This document shows positions 12,001 to 24,034 of a stretch of 60,367 nt of DNA, one piece after another. The stretch's first letter is position 1. Each line of letters opens with the position of its first letter. A program made the position numbers and the translations under genes. The notes below the pieces were generated by a model, which searched no databases, had not been told where the DNA came from, and saw only the letters and a program-made list of their open reading frames with translations. Origin of the DNA: Dicyema japonicum (lineage: Eukaryota; Animalia; Dicyemida); NCBI GenBank assembly GCA_011109175.1, contig RDEW01000028.1, positions 705,830 through 766,196 on the forward strand. The letters run 5' to 3'.

Positions 12001-13480
12001 TTCTCCACAAACGGAAAATCATAAGCTAGTTAAGTTTTCTTTGTGCCACGTTTAGTATGCTTTCACACATGCATTTCCATGCTTCCCTTTTATTTGCTAT
12101 TATTCGTAGTGCATCGAGATCCTCTCCACTTTGCAATTTTTTGTTTATTCCTGCTAAGTCTTCGTTTTGTGCAGTAGGTAGAGTGGCTCTGGGCCTTCCA
12201 CGAAATGCCGCTTCGGATCGGACAAATAATTTTCCATCGCGATATTCGGCGGAGTGAAACTGCCCAGTCTTTATATGTATCTTTCTATGGATGACATCTT
12301 CAGAGTCACTTAGCAGTGATCCGACTTTTTTATGCTTTCTCCAGGGTTCATCATAGGTGTGTTTAGCTCGAACAATTTTTCGTGTATTCCGTTTTATTGT
12401 TATTGACTGTTAGGAACCATTTGGAAAATATGTTTGGTAGTGTTTCAATGGTATGCTAAGGGTTTCAGCATCGTCAGAGACAAAGTCAACAGCATCGGCA
12501 TATATTATCTCACTGTATTTGCTATTGTTCACAAGAGGTCTGAAATCTCTCAGTGCTGCCTCTAGGTAAATAATAAACAAAACTGGAGACAGCGAGTCAC
12601 CTTGTGGTATGCCCGTGATGTGTAGAAATAGTTTGACACAGTTTTGCCAAGTTTGGTTGCTAATTGAGTGTTCTTGAAGAAGCTTTATGATGATACTGAT
12701 ATCGTCCTGATTTAAAAATGTTGTGAGTATTTCCACAAGTTTGATTCTGTGAACTGAATCGAATGCTCTGGACATATCAATTCCGAGTATCTCAGTGCAC
12801 CGATTGTATTTTTGACATAAGGCAGCGGTCCATCTGTGTGTCCAGATAACATCAGCAGTGGGCCTGCCAGTTCCAAACCCACTTTGCCCCGGTGAGGTCT
12901 AATGGGCTGTTCTGCTTAAATGCTTTATTCAGGATGTCTGCAATGGTTTCAGCAAGCTTCAGTACGTGGGTAAGGTTTGTATTCTGATTCATCCTCACAG
13001 TTAAGCATTTTGTAGTAAAACTCAGATATACCCTCTACTTTGCTTTTGTTGTTAACGACGGCAGCTTCCGTGGTGTCCCAGACTGTGATCGTGTTTTGCT
13101 TTTTTTGTTTAACAGTCTCATAGCCAGAACATTTTTGTCCCATCATTTTGCTTTACTATATTTTAAAGTTGCTCTTCGGTTTCTTTGTAAATTAGCGATT
13201 TTTGTATCTTCTTTATATTTAGTAATATCTGGTTGCGTAATTTTCGATGTTCCCAAATGTTTTCAGGGTTGTTGGAGTTTTGTATTCTTAGTCTCAGGTC
13301 TTTCTGCTTTTCTGAGAGTGAACATATCTTGTTATTGTGAAATTTGTGTTGTTGTTGAGTAGATCTAACAACATTTAGAGCTGTTCACTTCATTGAGCGG
13401 GTCACTGCTTCCCATATCGTATTTGCAGGCTTCGTCGGAAAATGTACAATGGAATCGTCATTTGGTATGTTTTGAGTGTC
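12000..13480 (-). mobile_element. RTE-like LINE fragment
   Basis: IDMSRAFDSVHR, GIPQGDSLSPVLF and YADAVDF RT motifs; FRGRPR C-terminal motif. Confidence 0.88.
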
Positions 13481-13828
13481 ATTTTCTTTCTACATAAATT
13501 GATCTTTTCTCTTTTTGTAATTTTTTATTTCTAATCGAAAAAAGGTAAATAAAACATGTTGAAATAAATTTTTTAGTATAATTTTGAGTAATTATTATTT
13601 TTCTTTAAATGTTTTTACACCTTTTCTGTAATAAACTATTTTTCCAAGTGAAGCACCTCAACTTTAAGGTATAAAAAGTTCCACAATTATAAAAGCATTT
13701 CAGTTATGATAAATTTTAATGTATTCATGTATTATTCATCATCCCATTGATAGTCAATATAATTATCATATTGTAACTAATCTGTCAAATTATCAAATTT
13801 TCAATTCATTAATCCAAATTAGTATTAA

Positions 13829-13987
13829 ATGACGTCACAAGAGATCAAATTGTTGTCAAGAGATGACGTCCGTCGATTGATCATATCCGAGATCCGCCGT
13901 CGACGTGCACTTTTAGCCCAAATTGAAACTCGAATGAGGGAGGACAGTCAAAGAGCTCTCGCCCTACTCCTCAAAATACAAATTTAA
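13829..13987 (+). CDS. Orphan 52-aa basic helical microprotein
   Basis: Uninterrupted ATG-TAA ORF MTSQEIKLLSRDDVRRLIISEIRRRRALLAQIETRMREDSQRALALLLKIQI coinciding with a GC-elevated island; below the ORF-track length cut-off. Confidence 0.5.
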   Translation: MTSQEIKLLSRDDVRRLIISEIRRRRALLAQIETRMREDSQRALALLLKIQI

Positions 13988-14030
13988 TGAATATTGATTG
14001 ATATATTCACACTCAATTAGTAATATTTGG

Positions 14031-16512
14031 TCAAATGTCTAATTCTTTCCACAACTCTCTCCACCAGAGCACAGTCTCGAGTGACAGTAGTTCTGTTATG
14101 CCGATTGAGCATGTCCAGTAGACCAGTCGATCACACAACCCCCGAATATGACATGGGTCATACCGGAAGTAGTCGAGATCACGTATTCCAGTCTTCTCAG
14201 TGGTCCCAAAAATATATTTTCCGAATACTCCCACCGAACAAGTAAAGAAGAAGTGTTTGGCATATTTGGGGAGTATTTCATGACTGTTTCCCAGTTGTTC
14301 CTAAAACATGAAGTGAGTCGACTACAATCGTTTGTTCGAGTTTTTTGAGGAGTTTCATACTTTTGGAAGGAATGTGGTCCCAGGCCTAAAGAATGAGGAC
14401 AAATGTGTCTACTTTGAGTTGTCTTACCCGAGGACACTGCAGACCAGCCAGAAGTACGTCGAGGGACGCGTAGTCATGTTTTTGTGCAGCCAATTTGACT
14501 ACTTGGATTATTGTTCTTATGACTTGTGTCTATCACGTGAGCAGTGTACAGTCCACCCAGTCACCCCCACCCAACACCTCTGCTGATATCCAATTCGAAC
14601 ATTTGTCCTCCACTGCTCTCACAGTTCTCGTCTGTGCCTGCCAGTCGTCCACCAATTGGTCTCCATCACTCTACTCATCCCAAACACCCACAACCTGAGG
14701 AAATTGTTCTTTTTTAAGTTGTTTGCGAATGTTATCGACTGAATGGTCGAGTAGACATTCTGCAGGATGAAGTGCAGGGCCTCCAAGATCTCCCACGGCC
14801 TGAGACTGGGGAACAAGTTGTGGTCGTCCTTTCTATCGGAGGGTGTCAGAAGAATGTAATTCACAAATTGGGAGGAATTAGCGTTTTGCAGAGAAGCCAA
14901 GTTCCACGATTTTTTTATTTGTTGTAAAGTCGACTAAATGTCAAGATTGGAAGTAAACAGAAGGTCTATCGAGTAATTGTTCGATTTGAAGAGTCATGTT
15001 TGTGTCCTTAAAGTCGATTTGGTAGAATTCAAAAACCCAAATACTGACGAGTTGAATGTAATAGAGTTGGTTGTGTCTGCGATGAAAGGAATGAATACTT
15101 GTATAACAAGTCAATGTGACTGATCAGTATCCCCAGGAATTCTTGAGGACTGACAAACAGTCGGTAAATGTACAGGACGTACAGATTATTGGCATCAATA
15201 TGTTTTCTCTATTATTAGTACTCCACACTACTTGTTTAAGACATTTTTCAAATAATTGACAAAATCGGTTTTATCGGCCAGTTTGTGTTCGAATATTGTC
15301 CTGACTGGGAATTGAAGGGACTGACATTTGTTCTCCACCACAAACGAGCAAATCTACATGAGTCCACTCCCTCTCACTTGGAGGGACAGCGCTGAGTAGT
15401 AATTCGACTGGTCGATGGTAGTCTGAGCTCTCATTTCTACAATGGCCATATTCTACTCACTCAGTTTGGATGTGAGACGTCCGAACATGTCGTGTTTGGA
15501 TTTGTCCCCGACCTGTGGATCCTTTTTCACGAACTCTGCGAACTTTGTCTACTCAATGAATTAGTCACGTGACCGAATCCACGAGGAGAGGACAGTCCAC
15601 GTTGAGTATTTCCGCAAACAGATAAAACACAGCAGACAATTAAAGTTACTCTTTATGATTTGTGCGCAACCATGTTTATAGAACTGTCACTTAGAACTGT
15701 TCATATACTTGTAGGAGTTGTCTAATCGACATTACTTTCTCTCTTTCGACAGGGACGTCTTCCCCTTCCCCCACAAATGAGTCCCCACTCTCTGAATGGT
15801 AGACTGAGGTCTCCTCGAAATGGATTTTGACTTTCGTGTTCTTCCGACTGGAGACTCGATTGTTGGTTGGTTGTATTCTATGGCTTGACTTGTCCGTATA
15901 TTCGACACATTTGTGATTTGGCACATTTTGCGTGTTCCTTGCACATTTTTAAAATCTGGTGATATGTAATGGATGTTTTCGGACGTGGGGGAGGTCATTG
16001 CATTGATAGCTCTCCCAGACTAGGGCACACGACTCCACTCAGTCATTGTTGTGTTCGAACACATACATCAGAGTCATCCGAGAGAATATATCTGTTCCTA
16101 CCAATGCACAATCAAATTTACTGCTTGATTCAACTCAGATTGACCACTTTTGAATAATGGGTCGACTAACAAGTTTTATTTATGGAGTACCTTCCACGTT
16201 GTTGTGGAATCGAACATTTCCGTAGTAATCAAATAGTACACTGCTTGGACACACGTAAAAGGATGTCCGGTTTTATAGTGTTCAAAGTCTCAAGACATTG
16301 TGCGCACAACCAACACAGTGACCACACGTCGATTGGAATTTCTTGGTCGGGGTAGTGGAATATTATGTCCCCCAGTGATATCAAGTCTTCTTTCTCCAGG
16401 ATTTGCTGCATCTCTTCGTTGTCGTCTGCTTCTATGGAAACAAGTCACAAATATTAAATACGGTATTGAAACCAATTTGTTAAAAATCTTGGTTTATTTA
16501 AGAGTTAACATT
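14031..16512 (-). CDS. KIND-domain + RasGEF (CDC25) protein, KNDC1/very-KIND-like; multi-exon
   Basis: N-terminal LISLGDII...DVWSLCWLCAQCLETL resembles the KIND domain start; C-terminal SNWISAEVL and IIQVVKLAAQKHDYASLDVLLAGLQCPRVRQLK match RasGEF conserved blocks; tiny introns; start position approximate. Confidence 0.6.
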
Positions 16513-17014
16513 TTTTAAATATATCTTGTCCTGTCTAATGAGATTTTCACGTTTGTAATGAATACACGGCAAATGGAAGAAGTGAAAATTCACAATCTGA
16601 TTCCTTCAAGTCAATTCTGTTCATTTACTTTTTTTACGTGATCGATTTATTCCTGACCTAATAGTCTTGGTTTTAGGTTTTTACATCTTTTCTAAGCCCT
16701 AATATCGCGTTTTATCGATCAGTGGGATAGATTCTCAATGTGGAGTTTTTTCTCCTGTTTTATTCTTTCTATTTTTCAAAAAGTTAATATTTTCAAAATA
16801 GTTGATTTTGTTGCATTTAAGTCGTGGTTACAAAATTTATCAGATTTTTAGAATTTTTTATTTGTTTTTATTTTCACATATTTCTCAAAAGTTTACCAAA
16901 ATGTCAGGTCTGGTGAATCAGCATTTACTTAATGATTCACAACTATTGTTATTTAGTTTGAATGAAAAATTATTTATTTTATGAGTATTCTAAGACATCA
17001 GGATTAGATGAACT

Positions 17015-17490
17015 ATTATTAACCCTAAGAACACCAGGTAAGAATGTTAAGCTAACTGGGTTAAGTGATCCCGGCCTCCAATTCTTCGAATTCTCCCTGA
17101 AAGTTCTCTAGCGGCCCAACTGTTCTAATTATATGCCGACATCTCCGTCTACAGAGAAATTCAATTGGAGTGATTTTTTATGACAGATCTGAATTCCTTT
17201 GCCTGGTCCACCCTTTCTCTGAGTGGGTTTCCTGCTTTTTGCAGAAACGTGTGAAACCCAGCCCGTCGTTTAAATAGCTTTCTCAAAAACAAGGTCGGGA
17301 AAAAGCGTGTCGGATGCTTTATTCACAATTGTCTGCCTAAGAGAGTTAATCCGGTCAATCCATACTCTACAGTTGGAGAGATTACTTGGTTGTATATTTT
17401 CTTTATATAAGCTTTGGGTGGAAACGGGCTCTTTTTAAAAATCGCCTTCAGGATTGGTTAAATGCATCTTATCAGCTTGTTTTCCTGAAA
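17015..17490 (-). mobile_element. 3' fragment of an ingi/I-like LINE related to the adjacent element
   Basis: ILKAIFKK...KKIYNQVISPTVEYGL parallels the C-terminus at 19630-20064; shared GGGATCAC near the 3' end. Confidence 0.55.
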
Positions 17491-17589
17491 AAAGAACGAT
17501 TAATAACTTTAATAAATTCATATTTATCAAAAACAAAAATAGCCAACCTAAACACTCCATGATCGTCCGATCCTTGTAATATTACAATT

Positions 17590-20146
17590 AATGATTAGCT
17601 TTTGTGTTGGCGCAAATATCCACTTATTGGATTAAAAGAAAAAAAGAACCATTTGCTTATCCCCCCGTGGCATATTTCTGCTCGGGGCGGCTCTCTCTGA
17701 GGACCTCGTTCTCCCGATTTATTCTCCTTGTCATTTCTGGCGATGTGGAACTTAATCCTGGTCCAAAAAAAACACATTTCAATTCTTCAACTGAACATCA
17801 ATGGGATTACTGGGAAGGTAACTGAATTAAACTCCTTTTTGACCAAACACGACATTGACGTTTGTGTTATCCAGGAAACAAAGCTCACCACGTCTTCGAG
17901 GTCCCCACGATTCCCTAACTACCACATGGAACGCCTGGACAGACCTTCCGGCCGCGGAGGCGGTCTCATGACACTTATTAAGAAGGGTATTAATTACCAG
18001 GAGGGCTCCGCATTCATTAACTCTAAACTAAACCAAAATGGATGCTTGGAGGCTTCTGCAATTACTATACCTACCCCAGTTGGAAAATTACTGATTTGTA
18101 TGTACATTCCGCCAATGGGATTATGTCCGAAAAGTTTTGCCCCAGATCTTCTCCCGGTTGATAAACTTGACAACTTCCTTATTTGCGGTGATCTGAACGC
18201 AAAGCACCCGCAGTGGCTTAAGTCACAAACAGCTGACTCGCGCGGAAAGTCCCTGCTCGAGCAACTTGCCAACCTAATCATTCTCAACAATCCGTCTTTG
18301 AACACAAGAACCCCACACAACAGAAAGGACAAACTTACTTCGCCCGACCTGACTCTTTGCTCTGCTAACCTGGTGTCACTGACTAATTGGAACGTAGTCT
18401 ACGACTTACGGAGTGACCATAACCCGATAGTTATACGAGTCCAAGTCAAATCCCTGTTCAGAAAAGCAGGCCCCATTTTGAAATACGATTACAACCATGC
18501 CGATTGGGTTAACTTTACCCACTACATTGATTGGGAAAATTCCCTTCTAAAATCCTACCGCTAATCGAAGAACGAAATTCGTTAAAAGGTCGGGTGCATC
18601 TCACAAGAGACAACCGGGATCGGATAAGAGAACTAAATTAAGTCAATCGGCAATGGAGAAACAGACTGGAAGGGCTGAAACCTTCACTAGGAAGCTAAAT
18701 GCCAAGGCTCCATCAACAAAATTATGGGAATCCCTAAGATGATACACGAACCCGAAGAAATTCCAAGCGAGGGAGGATAATGCGATTCCGATTGCCAACA
18801 AATTAATAAAATTTTACGTCGGGATCAGCCATATTCCGCACAAAAAATATGATGGGCCATGTTTAAAGTCCCTTAAACCTCGAGAACCCACGATATAATA
18901 ATCTTTACTCACGAAGAAGTGTCTCTGGCTATCAAAAATCTAAGAAGGACGGGCTCTTGTGGACCTGACGGAATTCCTACAATTCTGCTGAAAAACCTTG
19001 GGCAAGTAGCAATAGCAGCCCTGGCTCAAATCTATAACTTCTCAATAAACAACAACTCAATACCTACCATTTGGAAAATGGCCCACATCTGCCCTATTCT
19101 GAAACCGGGAAAGCCTAAATACGACCCAGCGTCATACAGACCAATCTCCCTCCTCTGCGTGTTATCTAAAGCTCTGGAAAAACTGGTACTCAACCGAGCC
19201 AAACATTTCCTTCCTGATCTGAACTTCCAACATGGATTCAAAAGTGGGAAATCGACGGCCTCGCATCTTGCCACGCTGACTAACTTTATCTCGAAAGGAC
19301 TAACGATTAAACCCTGCAGCGAAAAGACGGTTATTGTGCTCGGTGGACATTCACAAGGCTTTCGACTCTCTGTCTAGGAAAATACTGACTAGGAAAATAT
19401 TTCTCAGCAATATCCCCCCATACTAAAGAAGTGGATAGCTAACCTCCTCAATGGACGAAGAGGAAGAATCTATACCAAAAGTACAAGGTCAAGCTCGAAA
19501 TATTTTTCAAATGGTGTACCTCAAGGCTCGCCTTTATCACCAGCTATCAACAAGTCCAGGAAAGTCGATTACTACCCTCTTTACCTCAGCAAAGAGGCTC
19601 GGGAATGAGGGAGTAACGCTGTAAACGATGTGGAGATACCATTCCAAAAATCGCAAAATATTTTGGGAGTAACATACGACACCCATATGTCTTTCTCGCA
19701 GCAAGTGAATGATGTGATCACGAGATGTACGAAGAAACTCAACATACTCAGAGTCTTTCTTCGAAAATGCAGGCAGTGGACGAGCCTCGCCACTCGCCAA
19801 ACCGTCTATAAGCAGTACATGGAACCCACAATTAGTTACGCCTGCGCAGCGTGGGGAAATACGATCAGCTACACCAATCGGGAAAAAATTTCGAAAATTC
19901 AATCAAGAATCTGCAAAACTCTAGAAGAACCAAACGAACAACTAAATGTTGCCACTTTTGAGGAGATCTTGCGAAGAAACGGGGGGACGACATACCCAAT
20001 GACAGACCCGCCGCGCCCCTACAGAAAATGTGCGGGAACAAGGAAGAACATCAGGGAAAAATGAGGGCCCTCCTTAGAGAAGCTGGGATCACCTGATTAG
20101 TTATTTTGAGGTTTTTAGACGGTGGTTTTGGTTGAATAATAATAAT
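17590..20146 (+). mobile_element. ingi/I/Jockey-group LINE with an N-terminal 2A-like peptide, APE and a partly deleted RT
   Basis: SGDVELNPGP at 17736-17765; APE motifs QLNING, IQETKL, GDLNAKH and SDHNP; RT motifs GPDGIP, YRPISLL, QHGFK and GVPQGS; (TAA)n tail. Confidence 0.9.
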
Positions 20147-20429
20147 TACAACCCAAGACTTATCAAAAATGACTTTTTATCATAAAATTCAGGATAATTC
20201 CGTATTATTCAAATTTGTCAAAGTCGTATAACCATTAATACAATTGTCATTTCATCTTTGAATTCATTTTTTACAATAAGGTAAAGAATGATCTTATTTT
20301 TAATATAGAGAGGGAATCATGTCAAAAATTCATAACTTAGTTGAAATGTGCTATATGTCGTAGTAATCATGCGAGATTCAAAGTGAAAGATAATTCCGAT
20401 ATAATAACATAGACTGGAGTTGTTTCAGG

Positions 20430-21110
20430 TTCTCCAAGAATGATAGGTCATCCATAAAGGAAGAGACGCAGGTTTCCATGCAGTAAATCGGAATGTTTCT
20501 CTGTAACAATTGGGACTGTACAGAGCGAACCCACAAATAAGTTACCAAAAAGTACTTCGAAATTTCAAATATCAACTACGTGATTATAGGACTGGCCATG
20601 CACTAATTCCGGTGTCATATATCCGGATTCCCACAGCACGTAGTTTTCCTCGATTTGAAAAAAGCAACAAGCCACATTATAGGACAAATGGACGCACAAG
20701 CCAAGTCAAACAACTTAATCCTAATAGAATATTTGTATTTTTAATATCTTTTTTAATCACTAATGGCAGTATTGAATGGCAGAGAGTTTGGAAAATAATT
20801 GTCTCAGTTGATGTCATAAATTAGAATATGGAATAAGATTTAGAAAGTGCCAAATTGCTTTCCTCATGTTAGAATGAATGATCAATATGAAATATAATAC
20901 AAGATCAGATATGACAAGAGTGTTTCTTTAGGTTAACGGTTGTTTATAGCAATTTGATTTATTTTGGATTTCCAAAGCAACACTTCCCTTTCACTGATAC
21001 TCAGATGACTACTGCCAATTGCCCTTTTTAAGAATATTGATCCCTTCAATCATGAGATGGAAAAACTCCACTGAAAGACGTCTCTTACAAGGTGTTGATA
21101 GAATTTGGGA
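20430..21110 (-). pseudogene. Decayed Ser/Thr protein kinase (Aurora-like)
   Basis: Subdomain remnants in the correct order: KKG(Q)FG, KDIKNTNILLG, KLFD(F)GLCVH, TTCCGNPD(Y)MTPELVHGQSYNHVVDI*; multiple stops and frameshifts. Confidence 0.6.
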
Positions 21111-22315
21111 TCTTAAATATGTTTGTTATACACGTTTACTTATTTGATGTTTCAAGAAATGAATACTCGTGTTCAGACAAGTCATGAAATATGCAGTTTT
21201 AATTTTACATAATTTTATTTAATTTTCTCCAATTTAAGCTGCTTTGTTTTTAATCTGACTAATCCTTCATTAGTATTGGAATCAAAAGTTCTAGATTCAC
21301 AAAATTTATTTTTAATATTCAAATTATGTGAAATATTTCCGGCAAGTTTATTTGAAACAGTGATGACGAATTATATCAAAGAATTCATTTTAATTTTCGG
21401 CATTCTAGACATCTTATTACTACATATATTCATGCAAGTAATATGCACCCCTTAATTATGTCGAATATTAAATCATTCATTAGATATACTCATAAGTGAT
21501 GTGGATAATGTAATTGAAAATTAAGTGAGATTCGAATGTGGTCTAGCCGGTCTTTACGGATCATAACGTTGGTTTAAAGTAAATTGATTTAATGATAACC
21601 AATCTATTCGTAGATATCTAAAAGGACCACATTTGGTACCTCAGAAAAATAGTTTTGTGGTCGCCATTGGTTTGGGGTGATTGAGGACATTCGTGTGGTC
21701 ACTGCATTGATATGTTTCAGGCAACGATTAAATTTGGCATTGACGTGTCCTGCGGTGAGTACTTTACCTTGAAAGAAGATTATGCTTTCACTACAATGCT
21801 GAGATTCCCCACATTCGTTAAGGATCCTTAATCATATATTTGGAGTGGAAGTACAATGAAAACCATAAAATTAATCGTATTTTCTGTCAAGTGAAGTTCC
21901 ATTGAAAATGTCAATGAAATGGCTTACTCAGACAAATAATTGTTTATGGACATTATCGCTCAATATAGTTCTGAATAATTAATTATCGATTGGACACTCA
22001 TTAGAATTTCGACTATTCTAATGGACCAGCATGGTTTGCTCAGTCGAGACTTTATGGCCAATTAAGATGAACTATTAAAATAGGTCAGACAGGGAATGTC
22101 ATTATAATTAATGAAAATATATCCTCTAATAAAATCTGAAGGACGTTTATCAGGGTTAGGACTTGTTCTCCCAGTTCGGGGGGAGATGTGGAGGGGAGGT
22201 GACGTGTGCCCGACCAACGTAGACACCGTAAATCGATGCGATATTTTATAGTTCGTTGACCGCTGGCAGCTTATTCGATTGGTTATTTGCCCACGTTGTG
22301 GTTTGTCTGAGAGAA

Positions 22316-23320
22316 ATGTTATCCCAGTCTTGTATGAGAGATAATATGTCCCCTCTCCATGTTCTGAGTGAGAGGAGACAGGGGACGAATGTGACCAAGT
22401 GCGTCAAAGTGGCCAGTTCAGAGCACGTAGCTGAAATAGTGGGGAGACAAGGTGATTGGAATGTGATGAGCAATAGGTTGTAAAATAAAGGCAATTCGAG
22501 CCAACACAAACACATACATAAAGACACCAGTGCGAGGGACTGACCCAGTCTTCTACGTGACAGGGCAGAGTGAGGATGTCGAACAGGCGGCGAGTGAAAT
22601 AGAAAGTGCGGCCAACCACTTTTCCAACATTCGGTCGAACAAGCAAACGAGTGGTGAAGGACAGGTCGTGGGGTACGTGCGAGTGCCCTATAAAGTGGTG
22701 GGACTAATTGTGGGGCAGAGGGGAATGACTATAAAGCGTATTCAGCAGGACACCAACACTTACATTGTCACTCCCAGTCGGACAAGGAACCCGTTTTTGA
22801 GATCACCGGAATTGCTGAGGATGTGACCTCTGCTTATGACGAGATCAAAACTCATGTCCGAATCAGGACTGGGGTGTTGGAGGATAACGAAATCGACTCC
22901 ATCCTTCTCACTCTGTCGGAGATCGAGACCATTGAGAACGATCACGTTCAAGACAATCCATTACCGGATGTCATATACAGTGAGGTCGACTGTCTTCCCC
23001 ATTTCCCCTCTGTAATGCAACACAGCAGTCCCTTCACCCAGTACTGGGATCATGCTAATCCTCCTAATTGGAAGAGTGTGTATCGGACACACAGATCATT
23101 CGACTGCCCTGTCAATCCTTCTCTCTATTCTGATCCCTTCAATTTTTACATACCCTTCGACTCCCTAGAAATTCATTCGACTTGCAGAATGAGCATTTCA
23201 ATTATTTCAGATAATTTTAATATTTACTTTCATTTTCTATATATTTCCTGGACAATAAATTATGATTGTTTATTTTTATTCCCAGACTTAATCAATAGTA
23301 ACACGCAGAGACTTGTCTAG
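22316..23320 (+). CDS. MEX3: RNA-binding protein MEX3 (two KH domains)
   Basis: [12 protein letters not shown]|[21 protein letters not shown] and [35 protein letters not shown]; 25-nt intron at 22452-22476; a 1-nt frameshift near 22780 restores [10 protein letters not shown]; ends approximate. Confidence 0.92.
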
Positions 23321-23524
23321 TGTACTTATCTCAGCTTTACTACCGGAAGCTCTTAATTAAATGTATATCATTAATATTAATGGATTATTTATAGACTTTG
23401 ATATTTTTAATACTATTAAACCAAGTTTATAGTCAAATTTTATCTCAAACGATACGTCAATATTTTTCCCCGAATTGTATTCCTCTTCCGTGTGGCCAGA
23501 GATCCAATTTTTGCATAGCCGTGT

Positions 23525-23873
23525 TTATTTGGTTAGTGGTGATGTCTGTCGTCGATTTTTGGGCTTTATTTGCCAGGAGAGTGTCTCTCTAATATACTTT
23601 ATACGTGTCAATACGTATGAACGATAGTAGTCCCTCAGATCCCTTATCAGGTCATCAGATGCACTGCTCTCCACCCCATTCTGCTTCCACGATTCCATCA
23701 GTCGCATTACATAGGGAATGTAGGGAAAATGGCTTAGGTCTCTTGGCGCTTGGGAGTAGGTAGTTGTTGAGGGCCACACGTGATCCCTTGTAGCTCCGTT
23801 CTTTCTCCAAAAAGTGTCTCATTCTGCTGGCTAACAGTCCCCTTGCATTTTCACTCAAACATATTTTTGACAT
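23525..23873 (-). CDS. CHCHD1/mS37-like mitoribosomal protein lacking the CX9C cysteines
   Basis: After one frameshift in a T-run: VALNNYLLPSAKRPKPFPYIPYVMRLMESWKQNGVESSASDDLIRDLRDYY, aligning with the CHCHD1 pattern L.L.N.V....C...M..MM.CWKQN......C...I..F.DC. Confidence 0.6.
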
Positions 23874-24034
23874 CCCCGTGTTTTGCACCACCACAAACAA
23901 CTTAATATTTAAAAATTTTATTTATCATTCGAATATTTATGACTATTTACATATGCTTATTGGGAAGGCCTTCCTATTATTATTTCATTGATAGTCAAAT
24001 AATTTATTGGGTGCAGTGTTAGAATAAATTGTGA

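Noticed and set aside
22770-22800. Programmed frameshifting or an altered genetic code explaining breaks in conserved genes
   Set aside because: Breaks fall in short homopolymers (CGG[G]AC, A-runs, T-runs), typical of long-read indel errors, and genes end normally at TAA/TGA/TAG
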